Virus record (IMG/VR): IMGVR_UViG_3300025132_000023
Span: 32,168-96,167 of that record
Source: a virus
DNA: 64,000 nt
Direction: 5' to 3' (one strand)
In this document: positions 1-10,679 of the stretch, piece by piece
Layout of the letters: every line of letters starts with the position of its first letter
Position numbering within the stretch: the first letter of the stretch is position 1
Notes under the pieces: model-generated
Databases searched by the model: none
Seen by the model: the letters and a program-made list of their open reading frames with translations, nothing else
What the model was told of the DNA's origin: nothing
Program-made: the position numbers and the translations under genes

Positions 1-1654
1 TAACGCGAGACAAGTCTACATCTTCTGTCATAGTTTTAAACCCTTCTGGGCTTTCTTTATCTTTCACTCTTCTAGTTTCTGTAGGGAACATAGTCTTCTT
101 CTTTCTTTCTTCTTCGGCTACAAGTTCTTGTGCCTTTTCTGCAAAGAACTCTTTTTCCCATTGTTTTTCTTCATCCGATTTTGGTTTAGAAGTTACTTCT
201 CTATGTAATGTTTCTCTTTCTCTCTTAGCCTTTATTTTCTCTTGGGCTTGTGATTGATATTGTTTATACTCAGTAATATTTTCTTGTGCGCCTTCATAAA
301 AATCTAATATATTTTGCAGGTTTGGAAATTGGGTTAATGATTCATCTAAGTTTTTATCAGTATTATCATTTACTATCTGCTCTAACGCTTCTATAGCCTT
401 TTTATGGTCTACTATCTTTTCATATTCTTCTTCTATCTCTTGAACAATATCAATTATTTTCTCTGCCCTAAAGTCATCAAAGTCTTTTCCTTTCTTTTCA
501 GATTGAGTCATTTTATCATATTGGCTTCTAATATCTGTATCTAATTCATCTATTCCCCAATCCTCTGTACCGTCTTTCTCTTCGATAAAATCGGAAAAAG
601 CCTGATAAAATTTACCATCTCCACCAATAGACTGTTCAAACGATTTAACAAGTTTACTAAAATGCTTACCTGAATTTGCTTGAGAATATTTGTAACTATC
701 ATTATTTAGTTGTCTTATCAAATGTGGCACACTTGCTCTATCAGTTTTTTTCGCAGAGATTCTTTCTGCAACCCTTCTTAGTTTAGACGCACTAGGTAAT
801 CCCCTACCAAATTCCCCTTTCATAAATCTCTCAAACTTTTTGTATAAATCTGAGGGTTTTCTCTTTCCATCTTCCATAGTAATTAGGTTATCAATAATAA
901 CAGGGTGGACTGTCTTCTTGCCTCTCCACATTGACTCATCTAATTTTAATAAAAATTTACTAGAATTAATTTTATTCTCTACCAGTTTTTTCTTATCTGC
1001 GTCTGTTAATCTTACGTTATCTTTTAATGCTGATAGTATCTCATTTAATGTTCTCTCTTGAACACTCATGTTTCTAGTAGTTTCTTGTGTTTTAGGAGAA
1101 GTGCGTATAATTTTAGTAACTTTACTAATGACTTCCCATTCTTTTTCATCCATATAATCCTTTAAAGTAAATAAACTGTCTGCAATAAATTTAGCATCAC
1201 TTACCTTTAATCCTCTAGGTTTATAGGGGCCGCCCCATGCGTCCTTTAATTGTTTTGAAGACCATGTTATTTTGGGCATTCTGTCAATTGGTTGTTTATC
1301 TGCTTCAGAATATGTTAAGAACTCTTTACTATGTTTTGGTTTTCCCTCAAACCGAGTTCCCCGTTTCTTAACTTTAGATATTACATTCTTAAGAACTTTT
1401 TGCACCTGTTGTAATGTTAAATTATTTTTTGCTAGAAGGGTTTTATATTGTTTTTTTGATAATAATCTGTAAAGTTCTGTTTCTGCTGTAGCACTTTTTC
1501 TTTCAGGCTTCTTAGGCGCATATTTTTGTTTGGCATGAGAACGGGCTTGTTCTGCTGAAAACCGTTGCTTTCCTGTTTTCTTATGTTTCAATGAAAGTAA
1601 CCATTTAACATATTCTTGTTCAGTCATGTCTTCTTTCAACAAAATTTCGCCCAT
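1..1654 (-). CDS. Large charged hypothetical protein, runs off the left edge (head/morphogenesis arm)
   Basis: ATG at 1654 (MGEILLKEDMTEQEYVKW...) preceded by GGTGA RBS. The frame is open at both ends where I checked; absent from the ORF track, presumably because no stop lies in the window. Confidence 0.75.
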   Translation of the reverse strand, partial: MGEILLKEDMTEQEYVKWLLSLKHKKTGKQRFSAEQARSHAKQKYAPKKPERKSATAETELYRLLSKKQYKTLLAKNNLTLQQVQKVLKNVISKVKKRGTRFEGKPKHSKEFLTYSEADKQPIDRMPKITWSSKQLKDAWGGPYKPRGLKVSDAKFIADSLFTLKDYMDEKEWEVISKVTKIIRTSPKTQETTRNMSVQERTLNEILSALKDNVRLTDADKKKLVENKINSSKFLLKLDESMWRGKKTVHPVIIDNLITMEDGKRKPSDLYKKFERFMKGEFGRGLPSASKLRRVAERISAKKTDRASVPHLIRQLNNDSYKYSQANSGKHFSKLVKSFEQSIGGDGKFYQAFSDFIEEKDGTEDWGIDELDTDIRSQYDKMTQSEKKGKDFDDFRAEKIIDIVQEIEEEYEKIVDHKKAIEALEQIVNDNTDKNLDESLTQFPNLQNILDFYEGAQENITEYKQYQSQAQEKIKAKRERETLHREVTSKPKSDEEKQWEKEFFAEKAQELVAEEERKKKTMFPTETRRVKDKESPEGFKTMTEDVDLSRV

Positions 1655-1665
1655 TGTTCTCACCC

Positions 1666-1875
1666 CTAATAGAAAGGAATATTTTCCTTCTTCTTGTTCT
1701 TTGCCTTTTGATGTGTAATCACATTAGGCACATTATCTGGTTGCTTTCTTACCTTGGTGCTTGGGTCAGTTGCTACCATATCGTAACTCTTACTTTCAGT
1801 CACTCCTCTTTCATTGTGTAACTTGTTAATCTTCTTAACAAGTTCCTGCTTTGCTCTCTTTATTTCGTCTGTCAT
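1666..1875 (-). CDS. Small basic hypothetical protein
   Basis: ORF tightly packed in the minus-strand operon. Confidence 0.7.
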   Translation of the reverse strand: MTDEIKRAKQELVKKINKLHNERGVTESKSYDMVATDPSTKVRKQPDNVPNVITHQKAKNKKKENIPFY

Positions 1876-1876
1876 T

Positions 1877-2632
1877 TTAACGCCTCTTTGGGTCAGGGTC
1901 TAAGTGAACCTTATTTTGAGTTTCTAAATATTTTACTGGAATTTTCTTCCCACTAGCAAGGAACTTTTGTAGTTGTCGCCATTGTTTAAAACTAGATTTT
2001 AGGAAAGTATATGGAGGAGAATTTTCTCCATCCCCTATTCCTTTAATTACCACATCAAATTCAAACCATCCTAGTTTTTCAAATATTTTATCAAATTCTC
2101 TTGTAACTCTTCTCTTAGAGTAATCTTGTAGTTCTTCCCACGTTTGCCATCTTCTATTAAATTCTTTACTAGGGTATGTCGATACTTCTCTTTTATAATA
2201 TCTTTGATAACCATATCTGTTTGGGTCAGAAGTATGTGGTTTGCGGTCATATCTTCTTACATCAAAGAATCTTTGTAAGAAGTGAAAGAACTGTGCGGGG
2301 CTGCTATATGGGTGGTCAGGTTTTGTAGGTTCATGGCCCCAAGCCTTATTATTTCTAACTCGACTTGCTACTTGCCATAATGTTGTATAAGCGTTATCAA
2401 TTTCTGGTTTTAATTCTGTCCACTTATTTTTATACATATCTAGTTCTCTACTAAAATCCTCATCTTTAGGGTCTATTCCTATATGTTCTTTTAATCGTCT
2501 GGTATTTTCATCTCGTTGTGCTGCAAAATCATCGCCGGGAAATGCCCCATATAAACCCGGATTTTCTTCCAAAAGGTCTTCCAACCATTCAGGAATTTTA
2601 TCGTCTTTTTTAAGCACTAATAACCAATTCAT
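1877..2632 (-). CDS. Hypothetical protein with N-terminal WxxVLK motif
   Basis: MNWLLVLKK start; overlaps portal stop (ATGA). Confidence 0.8.
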   Translation of the reverse strand: MNWLLVLKKDDKIPEWLEDLLEENPGLYGAFPGDDFAAQRDENTRRLKEHIGIDPKDEDFSRELDMYKNKWTELKPEIDNAYTTLWQVASRVRNNKAWGHEPTKPDHPYSSPAQFFHFLQRFFDVRRYDRKPHTSDPNRYGYQRYYKREVSTYPSKEFNRRWQTWEELQDYSKRRVTREFDKIFEKLGWFEFDVVIKGIGDGENSPPYTFLKSSFKQWRQLQKFLASGKKIPVKYLETQNKVHLDPDPKRR

Positions 2633-4266
2633 CTTGTTCGCCTTTCTGTCCTACTATCTACGTTTGTATTTCCTGCTTCTCTAGGTAAGCCTGTATTTCT
2701 TTTATCTGGGCCTGTTTCAGATGAAGGTTTATTTCTTGTTGCTGGTGGGTTTTCTTGTGGTGTAGGTGCATTACCTTGTTCCATCATTTGTCCCATTTGA
2801 CTTGCATCAATATTTGTTCCAGCATAGGGGTCACGCTCAATTTGTCCCTCTTGACCTTTTGGTTGTTGTCCTCCTTCTGGTGGAGGTTTATGATATGAAA
2901 ATCTTCCTTCATCGTCCATTTCAACTTCAAATCCTAAGTTCTTAATTGATGCAGCAATTTGAACTTCAAGTTCTCTTAGCCTTATCTTTGCTAATTCATC
3001 TTCCTCTTCTGAAGGAGGCAATCTTAATTCCCAATCTGTAATGCCAAATTGTTGTGTAATAAATGGCAATACATAGTCATTCCAAATTGTTTGTGCCATT
3101 TCAACTGCACGGTTTGTAACAAGAATTTGCATACCTTCATTGTTTAATCCACCACTAGCAGAATTGTCTGCCATGAAAATTTTAGATACCCCATAGAAAG
3201 CAGAAATCCTATCTCTTAGGTCTTCTTTAACAGCAATGTAATCCATCTCTTTTAGAGTGTTCATAAAATTAATCCACTCAATAGAACCCTTACCATTTTC
3301 TGCTTCTATTCCCATTACAGGGATAAAGTGCGGGTCTTGTTCCATCTTTTCTTTAACGCCTCTCCAGAAATTTTTCATTGAATCAATGTTTCTGGTTTGA
3401 ACTGCAAGCAATCCTCTTGGCATTCTGCTCTTAGTATAAGAAGAATTTACATAATTTTCCATAGCAATTAAAGTAGTAATGTGATTCCAAAGAGTAAGGA
3501 TTGGTGATAACCCATAAAGTCTGCTTGGATTATATTTGCTAAAGTGTAGAACTTCTCCTTTAATATAATACTGTTCTTCACCATGCGCTCTATTCACATA
3601 ATGTATAGGATATGTTGGGCCACCACATTCTTCACAAAGTTCTGTCGGGTCATCAGATTTAAATTCTCTATGTCTAAGACAAGTAAATCCTTCATTACCT
3701 TTTGCCCCTTTCTCATCAGAATAAATTGCCATAGTTACAGGGTCACCCCTATACATTTCTTTGATTCTATGCATCTTAATTTCACTATTCCCATCTAGGA
3801 AATATTCTTTTACAAGAATAACATATGCATCATCCATAATGTTAAGGTCATCTTCCATTTCCTTAAGAACATCTATGAACATCTGTTCTGAACCATTAAT
3901 ATATCCTCCTAAGAATTTCTTAGCATATTTTAATTGGTCTTTGTCCGGCTTCTTTAAATTTTGTGAACCACATTCTTGACAAACAGGAGTAGGAGATTTA
4001 TGTTTCTTTCCACAATCAGCACACTTAACTACAAACTTCTCATCCCAATGATAGCCCCTTCTAAATATTTCATTCTTTAATTGATTAGTGCAAGTTCTAA
4101 CTATTACACATTGTTGGGCAACGTGATAAATCACAGGCCCGGTTATCATATACGAGGCATCTTTTTCTTGAATACCCGGATTGAATACTTTTCTATCCGC
4201 AGGTTTAGGAGTTCTTCTCCTAAACACATTACGAAGAGAAAATCTTCTTTGTTCTTCTTCTACCAT
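2629..4266 (-). CDS. Portal protein with zinc-ribbon insertions
   Basis: 545 aa, near terL; portal-like motifs (YGLSPI, PRGLL, ISAFYGVS); CxxC pairs. Confidence 0.85.
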   Translation of the reverse strand: MVEEEQRRFSLRNVFRRRTPKPADRKVFNPGIQEKDASYMITGPVIYHVAQQCVIVRTCTNQLKNEIFRRGYHWDEKFVVKCADCGKKHKSPTPVCQECGSQNLKKPDKDQLKYAKKFLGGYINGSEQMFIDVLKEMEDDLNIMDDAYVILVKEYFLDGNSEIKMHRIKEMYRGDPVTMAIYSDEKGAKGNEGFTCLRHREFKSDDPTELCEECGGPTYPIHYVNRAHGEEQYYIKGEVLHFSKYNPSRLYGLSPILTLWNHITTLIAMENYVNSSYTKSRMPRGLLAVQTRNIDSMKNFWRGVKEKMEQDPHFIPVMGIEAENGKGSIEWINFMNTLKEMDYIAVKEDLRDRISAFYGVSKIFMADNSASGGLNNEGMQILVTNRAVEMAQTIWNDYVLPFITQQFGITDWELRLPPSEEEDELAKIRLRELEVQIAASIKNLGFEVEMDDEGRFSYHKPPPEGGQQPKGQEGQIERDPYAGTNIDASQMGQMMEQGNAPTPQENPPATRNKPSSETGPDKRNTGLPREAGNTNVDSRTERRTR

Positions 4267-4269
4267 CTA

Positions 4270-5580
4270 TTATACATCCATCTTTGAATTTTCTTCTAAC
4301 TTACTAATTGAATCAATATCAATGTCCCATTCATTCCAATTGAAATTAGTGTTGTCTTTGTGATTGTGATACTTCATTAACTTAAACAATTCATCTTTCC
4401 TTTGCTTATACCAATCTTCTTTCTTATTCTGCTTTTTAATTTTTATTAGTTCTAATAATACTTTTGCATTAGGCCCCTTCATTCTAAAGTGCGGCATACA
4501 TTTTGTTAATAACTTTTTAATATCTGAGCCGGAATAAAAGTTTAATCTATTTACAGGTCTAGTATCTTGAGGGGATTTTTGGTCTAAATGTAATCTTCCA
4601 ATGCTTCCTAATGATTTATACATTTCAGTCATAAATGCTTTTCCTCTTTCTCCGGTTGCAATTAGTCCTACTCTAGGGTTATGATTTCTATCCATTGTAA
4701 TATAGCCATCGGAGTCAATAAATGCTGCTGTATATGCCCATATATTCTTTTTGATTTCGTCATTAAATTTATAGTATGCTCCATTTACAGAAGTTATGTT
4801 TTCTTCCCTAGCAAGTTTTGCAATTACCGCAGAAGAAGTTTTATCGTATAAATTCTTATCTAACGAATCATGTATTTCTCTTGCAGAAATTCCGGGATTA
4901 TCACAAACCGATTTAAGTATCTCGGCCTTCACTACCGCCTTAGTGCTAGGGCTTATAGAGGTTTCCTTTAGAATTGCCTTAAATTCTCTTTTGGCTTTTG
5001 TTGCTTTCTTTAGATTCTCAGCATAACCCTTACCATAATATTTACCTTTCATTTCTAGGTTTGCTTCCCAATTCTTACAAAGAGCATCAATAACATTTCG
5101 CCTAGTGTCTTCATCACTAATCTTACTTAACTTTAATAGGTGGGTTTCATTACAAGTCATACTTTGTAAAGGAGCCTTATACTTCTTAACCCAATATATT
5201 GAATCAATGCACTTATGTAAATAATCTGTGTAGCCATCAATCACATTATCTATAGCCTTAGTAAATTCTATCTTCTTTTCACCCTTAAGAGTTCTTCGAT
5301 GCATTCTCATCTCTTTAATAACGTCAGGTATAGTATGTCCTTGAATTTTATATTGGTCTGGATAAACATCTAACATCTTTTTAGCATCTGTTAGGTTCAT
5401 ATTAAATTCTTGGGCATAATCCTTTGCTATCTCTTCATGGCTTCTAATAGGCTTATCTCCTAACCACGCCCTATTAAGTTGTTCAATTTCTTGTGTTAAT
5501 TTAGACTTTTCATTTAGAAGTTTGGCTTGTTCTTCCAAAGTTTTTGCCTCTTCTTTCTCTGCTTCTGATTCTAATACCAT
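4270..5580 (-). CDS. Helical N-terminal region + winged HTH + C-terminal LAGLIDADG endonuclease-like domain
   Basis: YTAAFIDSDGYI LAGLIDADG motif; NPGISAREIH HTH-like segment. Confidence 0.75.
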   Translation of the reverse strand: MVLESEAEKEEAKTLEEQAKLLNEKSKLTQEIEQLNRAWLGDKPIRSHEEIAKDYAQEFNMNLTDAKKMLDVYPDQYKIQGHTIPDVIKEMRMHRRTLKGEKKIEFTKAIDNVIDGYTDYLHKCIDSIYWVKKYKAPLQSMTCNETHLLKLSKISDEDTRRNVIDALCKNWEANLEMKGKYYGKGYAENLKKATKAKREFKAILKETSISPSTKAVVKAEILKSVCDNPGISAREIHDSLDKNLYDKTSSAVIAKLAREENITSVNGAYYKFNDEIKKNIWAYTAAFIDSDGYITMDRNHNPRVGLIATGERGKAFMTEMYKSLGSIGRLHLDQKSPQDTRPVNRLNFYSGSDIKKLLTKCMPHFRMKGPNAKVLLELIKIKKQNKKEDWYKQRKDELFKLMKYHNHKDNTNFNWNEWDIDIDSISKLEENSKMDV

Positions 5581-5594
5581 AATTCATACCCGAC

Positions 5595-7034
5595 CTAAAA
5601 ATTTAATCCTACCATGCTCGCGTTTTGCCCGTATAGCGGCTCCTCAGGGGCTTCAAAGATTCCCATGTCATCAAGCAGCATAAACGCTTCTGTTGGAGTC
5701 TGTGAGGCCGCATTTGCTAATGCTAGTCCCATCACTAAGTCGTCATGTGCGCCTACTCCCTCAAACTTCCCAGATTGGGTAATAGAAAACATAGATAACT
5801 CTTCTAATAAGGCTTGAGACATCTTTCTACTGTTATTATCACCATAAGGAAGGTGTAATTTATTGTTTTCAAAATTCATTTGAAGATTTAAGATGATTTC
5901 TTGTTTCTTTCTTCTAGTTGTGTCAAAATCTCGAACATTTAAGTCAGAAACTGCCCTTAGTTCTTGAGTAAAGGCTTTTGCAAACGTATTTGTTTCATAT
6001 AGTATAACCTCAGGCTCAAATACTTGACCAATTAGCCTTAATTTATCAATATTCTCTCTAAACTGAACATTCTTGGCCCTATCCACATGAACAATGCTTT
6101 TATTTTTCTCATCATCAACTTCTAAAACCATAATTACGTTATAATCGCCATCTGTAGAGATAGCAGGGTCAACACCAACATAATATTTGTATCCTTTATC
6201 CTTTCTGTGACCCAATTTAAGAATTAAGTCTTTATTTTTAGCATTTTCCAAGTGTTCTTGTCCGAAAAGTGCCGTGCCTGTTGAAACAGGAATACATAAA
6301 TACTCTCTTGTAAACTTTAATGAACCAATCTCTGCTTTTCTTTGCATTAGAGCATCATAGTCCCATCTTTCAGGCCATAGTGGTTCATTCATAGAATCTA
6401 AACACGGATACTTTCTAACTGTATAAGCAGCATTCTCTTCTAACTGTGAGAAAATATCAGTATATGTGAAAGGGGTTCCTATCATTCTTAAATTAGCAGT
6501 ATGATGCAGAGTTGGTATCATATCTCCGAAGAACCAATCAGTAACTCTTTGAATACCTGTTAAACTAAACTCTTTCAAAGGGTCGTCAATAATAATTTCT
6601 TGAGGGTGAAGACCACGAATCTGTGAACCTACTGACCTTTCAAGAATAGAGTTTCCATTTGTTAATGTAATGTTTCCAATAGCCCAACCTCTTGAAGGTC
6701 TAAACTTTTTTAGTTGTGGTAGATTAAAATACCTATCAATTTCTCTCATGTGAACTAGGGTCTGCTTTTGGTTAGAGGAAATGTAAAGCATTTGGAATGG
6801 GGGTTCTTTGAATACTAAATTCCACACTACCCAAGAATGCATAAAGACAGACTTTCCGTGGTCACGACTACAAACAATAACACTTCTATCTGTGTCTTGC
6901 ATAGTTTGAAGCCACTCTTGCATATATTCAGGATACATCATTCCTAGAACATTTTGAAAGAAATATGGAAATGAATCCTTAGACATTTCCATGTCCATTC
7001 TGTGGGCAAAATTTAATTCTTCTAATTCTACCAT
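5595..7034 (-). CDS. terL: Terminase large subunit
   Basis: Walker A SRDHGKS, Walker B IIIDD, RNase H-like nuclease motifs VGVDPA and HDDLV. Confidence 0.95.
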   Translation of the reverse strand: MVELEELNFAHRMDMEMSKDSFPYFFQNVLGMMYPEYMQEWLQTMQDTDRSVIVCSRDHGKSVFMHSWVVWNLVFKEPPFQMLYISSNQKQTLVHMREIDRYFNLPQLKKFRPSRGWAIGNITLTNGNSILERSVGSQIRGLHPQEIIIDDPLKEFSLTGIQRVTDWFFGDMIPTLHHTANLRMIGTPFTYTDIFSQLEENAAYTVRKYPCLDSMNEPLWPERWDYDALMQRKAEIGSLKFTREYLCIPVSTGTALFGQEHLENAKNKDLILKLGHRKDKGYKYYVGVDPAISTDGDYNVIMVLEVDDEKNKSIVHVDRAKNVQFRENIDKLRLIGQVFEPEVILYETNTFAKAFTQELRAVSDLNVRDFDTTRRKKQEIILNLQMNFENNKLHLPYGDNNSRKMSQALLEELSMFSITQSGKFEGVGAHDDLVMGLALANAASQTPTEAFMLLDDMGIFEAPEEPLYGQNASMVGLNF

Positions 7035-7615
7035 TATCTTTCACCTTCTGCTTCATTCCATTCTTGTGCCATTGCTGTTGGAATATAAATTACCAAATCA
7101 TTATTTCTTTCTTCTGCTCTTGCTACATGGAAGTCTACAACTTTCTTTGGAATGTGTTCATAATATTTTGTTATATCTGTAGGATTAACATCAAAGAATT
7201 TTCTTCCAAAAGAATCTGCCCAATTCTTTCCTCCCAAAGACTTGTTATTTAATAAACCTATAGCGGCTTTGTGGCCCATCTTAGACATTTTCATTTTCTG
7301 TAGTTTTGCGCCAATATTTGTAAATCCTTTCTTTCCACCGTTTGCATAGTCTGGATGAACTCTTGCTCCTGCTAAGGCCCACCATTTACCGTGGTCTTCA
7401 AACCCAGAATAACCTATGATTCTATTATTATCCCAAGCAGTAAAATAGTCACCATCAAAAGTAAATGGGTTTAAACCTACAGGATTAGTTCTTCTTGCGG
7501 GTCTTGGATTATCTGGATTTGATTCAGTCCAAACTTCAACTATTTCATCTTCTGAAAATAATCTTGCTGGAAATGTAATTCCTTTGTATGCTTTTACAAT
7601 CTCAAACCAATCCAA
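7034..7615 (-). CDS. GNAT-family acetyltransferase-like protein
   Basis: RIIGYSG...LAGARVHPDY..GG acetyl-CoA-binding pattern; TTG start after GGTGG; WFEIVK motif. Confidence 0.6.
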   Translation of the reverse strand: MDWFEIVKAYKGITFPARLFSEDEIVEVWTESNPDNPRPARRTNPVGLNPFTFDGDYFTAWDNNRIIGYSGFEDHGKWWALAGARVHPDYANGGKKGFTNIGAKLQKMKMSKMGHKAAIGLLNNKSLGGKNWADSFGRKFFDVNPTDITKYYEHIPKKVVDFHVARAEERNNDLVIYIPTAMAQEWNEAEGER

Positions 7616-7675
7616 ATTCCCACCACCTAAATCTATTTAATTTAATTTTGCGTAAAGGCAAATTCTTTTTTCCCA

Positions 7676-7960
7676 TTAATATCCCATTTCAAATTTACTT
7701 GGACTTGTTAGTTCTCTTGCTTTTTGACAACAGAATCTAATTTTTTGAGTGGATTGTAGGAACCAAAAAGTATCTTTTTCAAGCCTAAATTGTTCTTCTA
7801 AATAATTACACAACTCTCTCCTAGTCATGGCTTCAATATCAGAATCAATTTTTAACTTAAGAATTGGCCCGGTTTCTGGTGGTAGCCTTGCATCTAACAC
7901 AACATATATGTGACCCATCCAATCAATGAGTTTACTAATTATTCTGTGTCTAAGTTTCAT
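7676..7960 (-). CDS. Hypothetical protein
   Basis: ORF in operon. Confidence 0.7.
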   Translation of the reverse strand: MKLRHRIISKLIDWMGHIYVVLDARLPPETGPILKLKIDSDIEAMTRRELCNYLEEQFRLEKDTFWFLQSTQKIRFCCQKARELTSPSKFEMGY

Positions 7961-8115
7961 TTCTTATCAACTACCTTATGTTCAAATAAATAATCTGAAG
8001 CATCATCAACAGATGACCAATCGTGTTCATCCAAATCATATTTATCTGCGACTTCCTCTAAATCATCTATTGCCTCATCAACAGGCTTTTTCTTTACGAT
8101 GTTAAACCAGTTCAT
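7957..8115 (-). CDS. 52-aa acidic protein not in the ORF track (MNWFNIVKKKPVDEAIDD...)
   Basis: Translated by hand; ATGA overlaps at both ends; carries the W-motif. Confidence 0.75.
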   Translation of the reverse strand: MNWFNIVKKKPVDEAIDDLEEVADKYDLDEHDWSSVDDASDYLFEHKVVDKK

Positions 8116-10679
8116 CGGAACACCGCCTTTACATGATAAACGACATCTTCATTAACACCAAATTTCTTTGCGATAGTGTTCATATTATCAAACTCACTAA
8201 CAATACCAACAATGTCAGTTGCAGTAATTTCTACGTTATATCGCTTCTTCACAAAGTCTATTGTATCGTTAACATTGTCAAAATCGCTGGTGTCTCCAAA
8301 GCCTAGATAAGTAGGCTTGTTTAACATCTTTCTAATTTCATCATGGGCAACTAATATAGAACGCTCTGGTATAGATAGTTTAATTTTATCTCCTCTTTCA
8401 GTATGAAGAGACATGAACTTTTCAACTTGTGCTTTCTTTGATAAATCCTTTTTAAACAATTTAGACTTAGAGGCAATAAATATTATTAAATATTTATACA
8501 TTGGTGTAGGCTTACCTGCTTTCTCATATTCTCTTGCAAGTCTTTCTACACTTTGTCCTTCAATCTTTAAATCATCTAAGGAAACATTATCATTTTCTTT
8601 TGCAATCCTTTCCAATATGTGTCCAAAATACTGATATTCTAGGGACATATTTTCAGTAAATTCTTCAAGAATAGTTAGAACGTTTTGAACAGAGGTTTCA
8701 AGATTTTGCTTAGAAGGAGAAGTAGTAGTCAATGCTGTTCTGTATTGGTTTATCTGAAGCAAATCATTATTATCAATCAACCCAATTCCATATTCTAAGA
8801 ATATAGTAAATAGATGAGAAATTAATCTGTCAGGTGCGCCTCGCGCCATAAATCGCGCTAACTCGCCCTTTCGTAAAAATTTAGGAACGTCCTTAAAAGG
8901 TTGCATTTCTCCTTGTGAAGGTTCTACATAATAGTCTTGTATTGCTTCTAATACATTTTGCATAGACTCTTCAAACTCTCCTAAATCTTCTCTAAGTGAA
9001 CCTAAATGTCCTAATCTAAATCTTGAGAAAACGTTATATAATTCTCTTTGTGACGCATCTTCTTTCTCTTCTCTTCCAGCAATTCCTCCTGATGGCATAT
9101 CTACTGCATCCCAAATCTCCGGCATAGAAGTTCTATCTAATGGGTCTTCTAAGAGATTACCTATTGCTTCTAATAAGTCTAAATGAAATTGTTCTAACTC
9201 ATCAAAAGAAGGCAAATCCTGTTCTCCTAAATAGTCTGCATTAAATTCAAATGCAGAGCCTCTATGTCTTAGAAACTCATTAACTTCTTGTGTATAAGGA
9301 ATATAATAAAATTCTCTTTTTGCATCAGAAATCATTTCTTTTCTATTTTTATGTTCATCTAATAGTTCTTGTAAGTCCTCTGCTATACCAGCATCCATTT
9401 CGTTTTCTTCTTTAATTTCTTGTTCTAGTACCTCCAAGAATTTCTCCCATGACTTCTTATCAAAGGGGTCTTCTACAATTCCTTTCTGAGCAGCAATTGC
9501 GTAAAGAGGGTCAACATCTGTTATTCTAGTTTTACGACCTGTTTGCTTTTTAAAGTTCTCAGCCGTTTCTTCAACTGTGCCACCACCTGTGCCAAACTCG
9601 CTGGTTGCGCCAGTATTTCCTGTAACATCTTCTTCGTTTACACCATAAAGGTCTATCATTTCTTCTTCTTCATCTATAGCGAAATCATCATCTTCTTCTT
9701 CACCAGAACGGTCATCACCTGCCTCATCAAACAACTCTTGTATTTTTGTCATTATTGCATTGTGAACATTATCTAAAGTATCTAATTCGTCATCACTTGC
9801 AACAGGATAATGCACAGTTCTACTTTTAATAACATAATTCATACTATCCATTTTTTCATATAGTTTGTGTAATACCTCTAATTCCTTGTCTAAGGTATGG
9901 AAGAAAGTCTCTGATTCTTTTCTATTAGTAATTGTTGTCTTCTCACCAACCACTTCGCCCTCTTCATTTAGAAGTTCTTCGACTTCTTTTTCAAGTCCTT
10001 CCCAATTAAGTAACAATTCTTTAATTGCATTTTGCAAGACTTCATATTCATCATACACACCAGACCAGAAGTCATAGAATTTCTCTCTTGATTTAATATA
10101 TTTAGGGTCAATCACTCCTATTAATTCTGAGTCATCAAATCTTTCAATTTTTAGTTTTCTTTTCCTGTCTGTTGTTTCAAGAGCATCTGATAAAGAAGAA
10201 AGTCCTAATGCATAGTGTGACATAAACTCTTTACCTTTTAGGGTATCCAACATATCATCTAAAAATTTCCTAGTATCTTTGTCTTTGTTTACTAAAGTAA
10301 TATCATCAATGTTAAGAGCAGATTTGAGTTGGTTGGGTCTTAGTTTTCTATTGCGATATTTGAAATTAATTAATATTTCCTTTAATGATGTTTTACTTAA
10401 CTTACCTGTATCGGTTCCTTTAGTAAGAAACTCAATATAGTCTTCAATATATTTATCAGAAAATCCTCTATCTTGTAGTTCTTCTGTAACATCCTTGATA
10501 CTTGCATCTCTATCTTGAGATTGAGTAACTTCTATAACATCACTTCTAGGAACATGGTCTTCTTGGAACTCTAATGTTTCTGCTTCATCCATCATATCAG
10601 CATATACCATCATGTCTTTAATATCATACTTATCCATGTAGGCGTGTCTTGTCAAACCAATATAATCTTTAATCTCCAT
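8112..10679 (-). CDS. Large acidic hypothetical protein (855 aa), possible internal virion protein; C-terminal HTH-like segment
   Basis: Long ORF; TIAKKFGVNEDVVY at the C-terminus; virion role inferred from position. Confidence 0.75.
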   Translation of the reverse strand: MEIKDYIGLTRHAYMDKYDIKDMMVYADMMDEAETLEFQEDHVPRSDVIEVTQSQDRDASIKDVTEELQDRGFSDKYIEDYIEFLTKGTDTGKLSKTSLKEILINFKYRNRKLRPNQLKSALNIDDITLVNKDKDTRKFLDDMLDTLKGKEFMSHYALGLSSLSDALETTDRKRKLKIERFDDSELIGVIDPKYIKSREKFYDFWSGVYDEYEVLQNAIKELLLNWEGLEKEVEELLNEEGEVVGEKTTITNRKESETFFHTLDKELEVLHKLYEKMDSMNYVIKSRTVHYPVASDDELDTLDNVHNAIMTKIQELFDEAGDDRSGEEEDDDFAIDEEEEMIDLYGVNEEDVTGNTGATSEFGTGGGTVEETAENFKKQTGRKTRITDVDPLYAIAAQKGIVEDPFDKKSWEKFLEVLEQEIKEENEMDAGIAEDLQELLDEHKNRKEMISDAKREFYYIPYTQEVNEFLRHRGSAFEFNADYLGEQDLPSFDELEQFHLDLLEAIGNLLEDPLDRTSMPEIWDAVDMPSGGIAGREEKEDASQRELYNVFSRFRLGHLGSLREDLGEFEESMQNVLEAIQDYYVEPSQGEMQPFKDVPKFLRKGELARFMARGAPDRLISHLFTIFLEYGIGLIDNNDLLQINQYRTALTTTSPSKQNLETSVQNVLTILEEFTENMSLEYQYFGHILERIAKENDNVSLDDLKIEGQSVERLAREYEKAGKPTPMYKYLIIFIASKSKLFKKDLSKKAQVEKFMSLHTERGDKIKLSIPERSILVAHDEIRKMLNKPTYLGFGDTSDFDNVNDTIDFVKKRYNVEITATDIVGIVSEFDNMNTIAKKFGVNEDVVYHVKAVFR

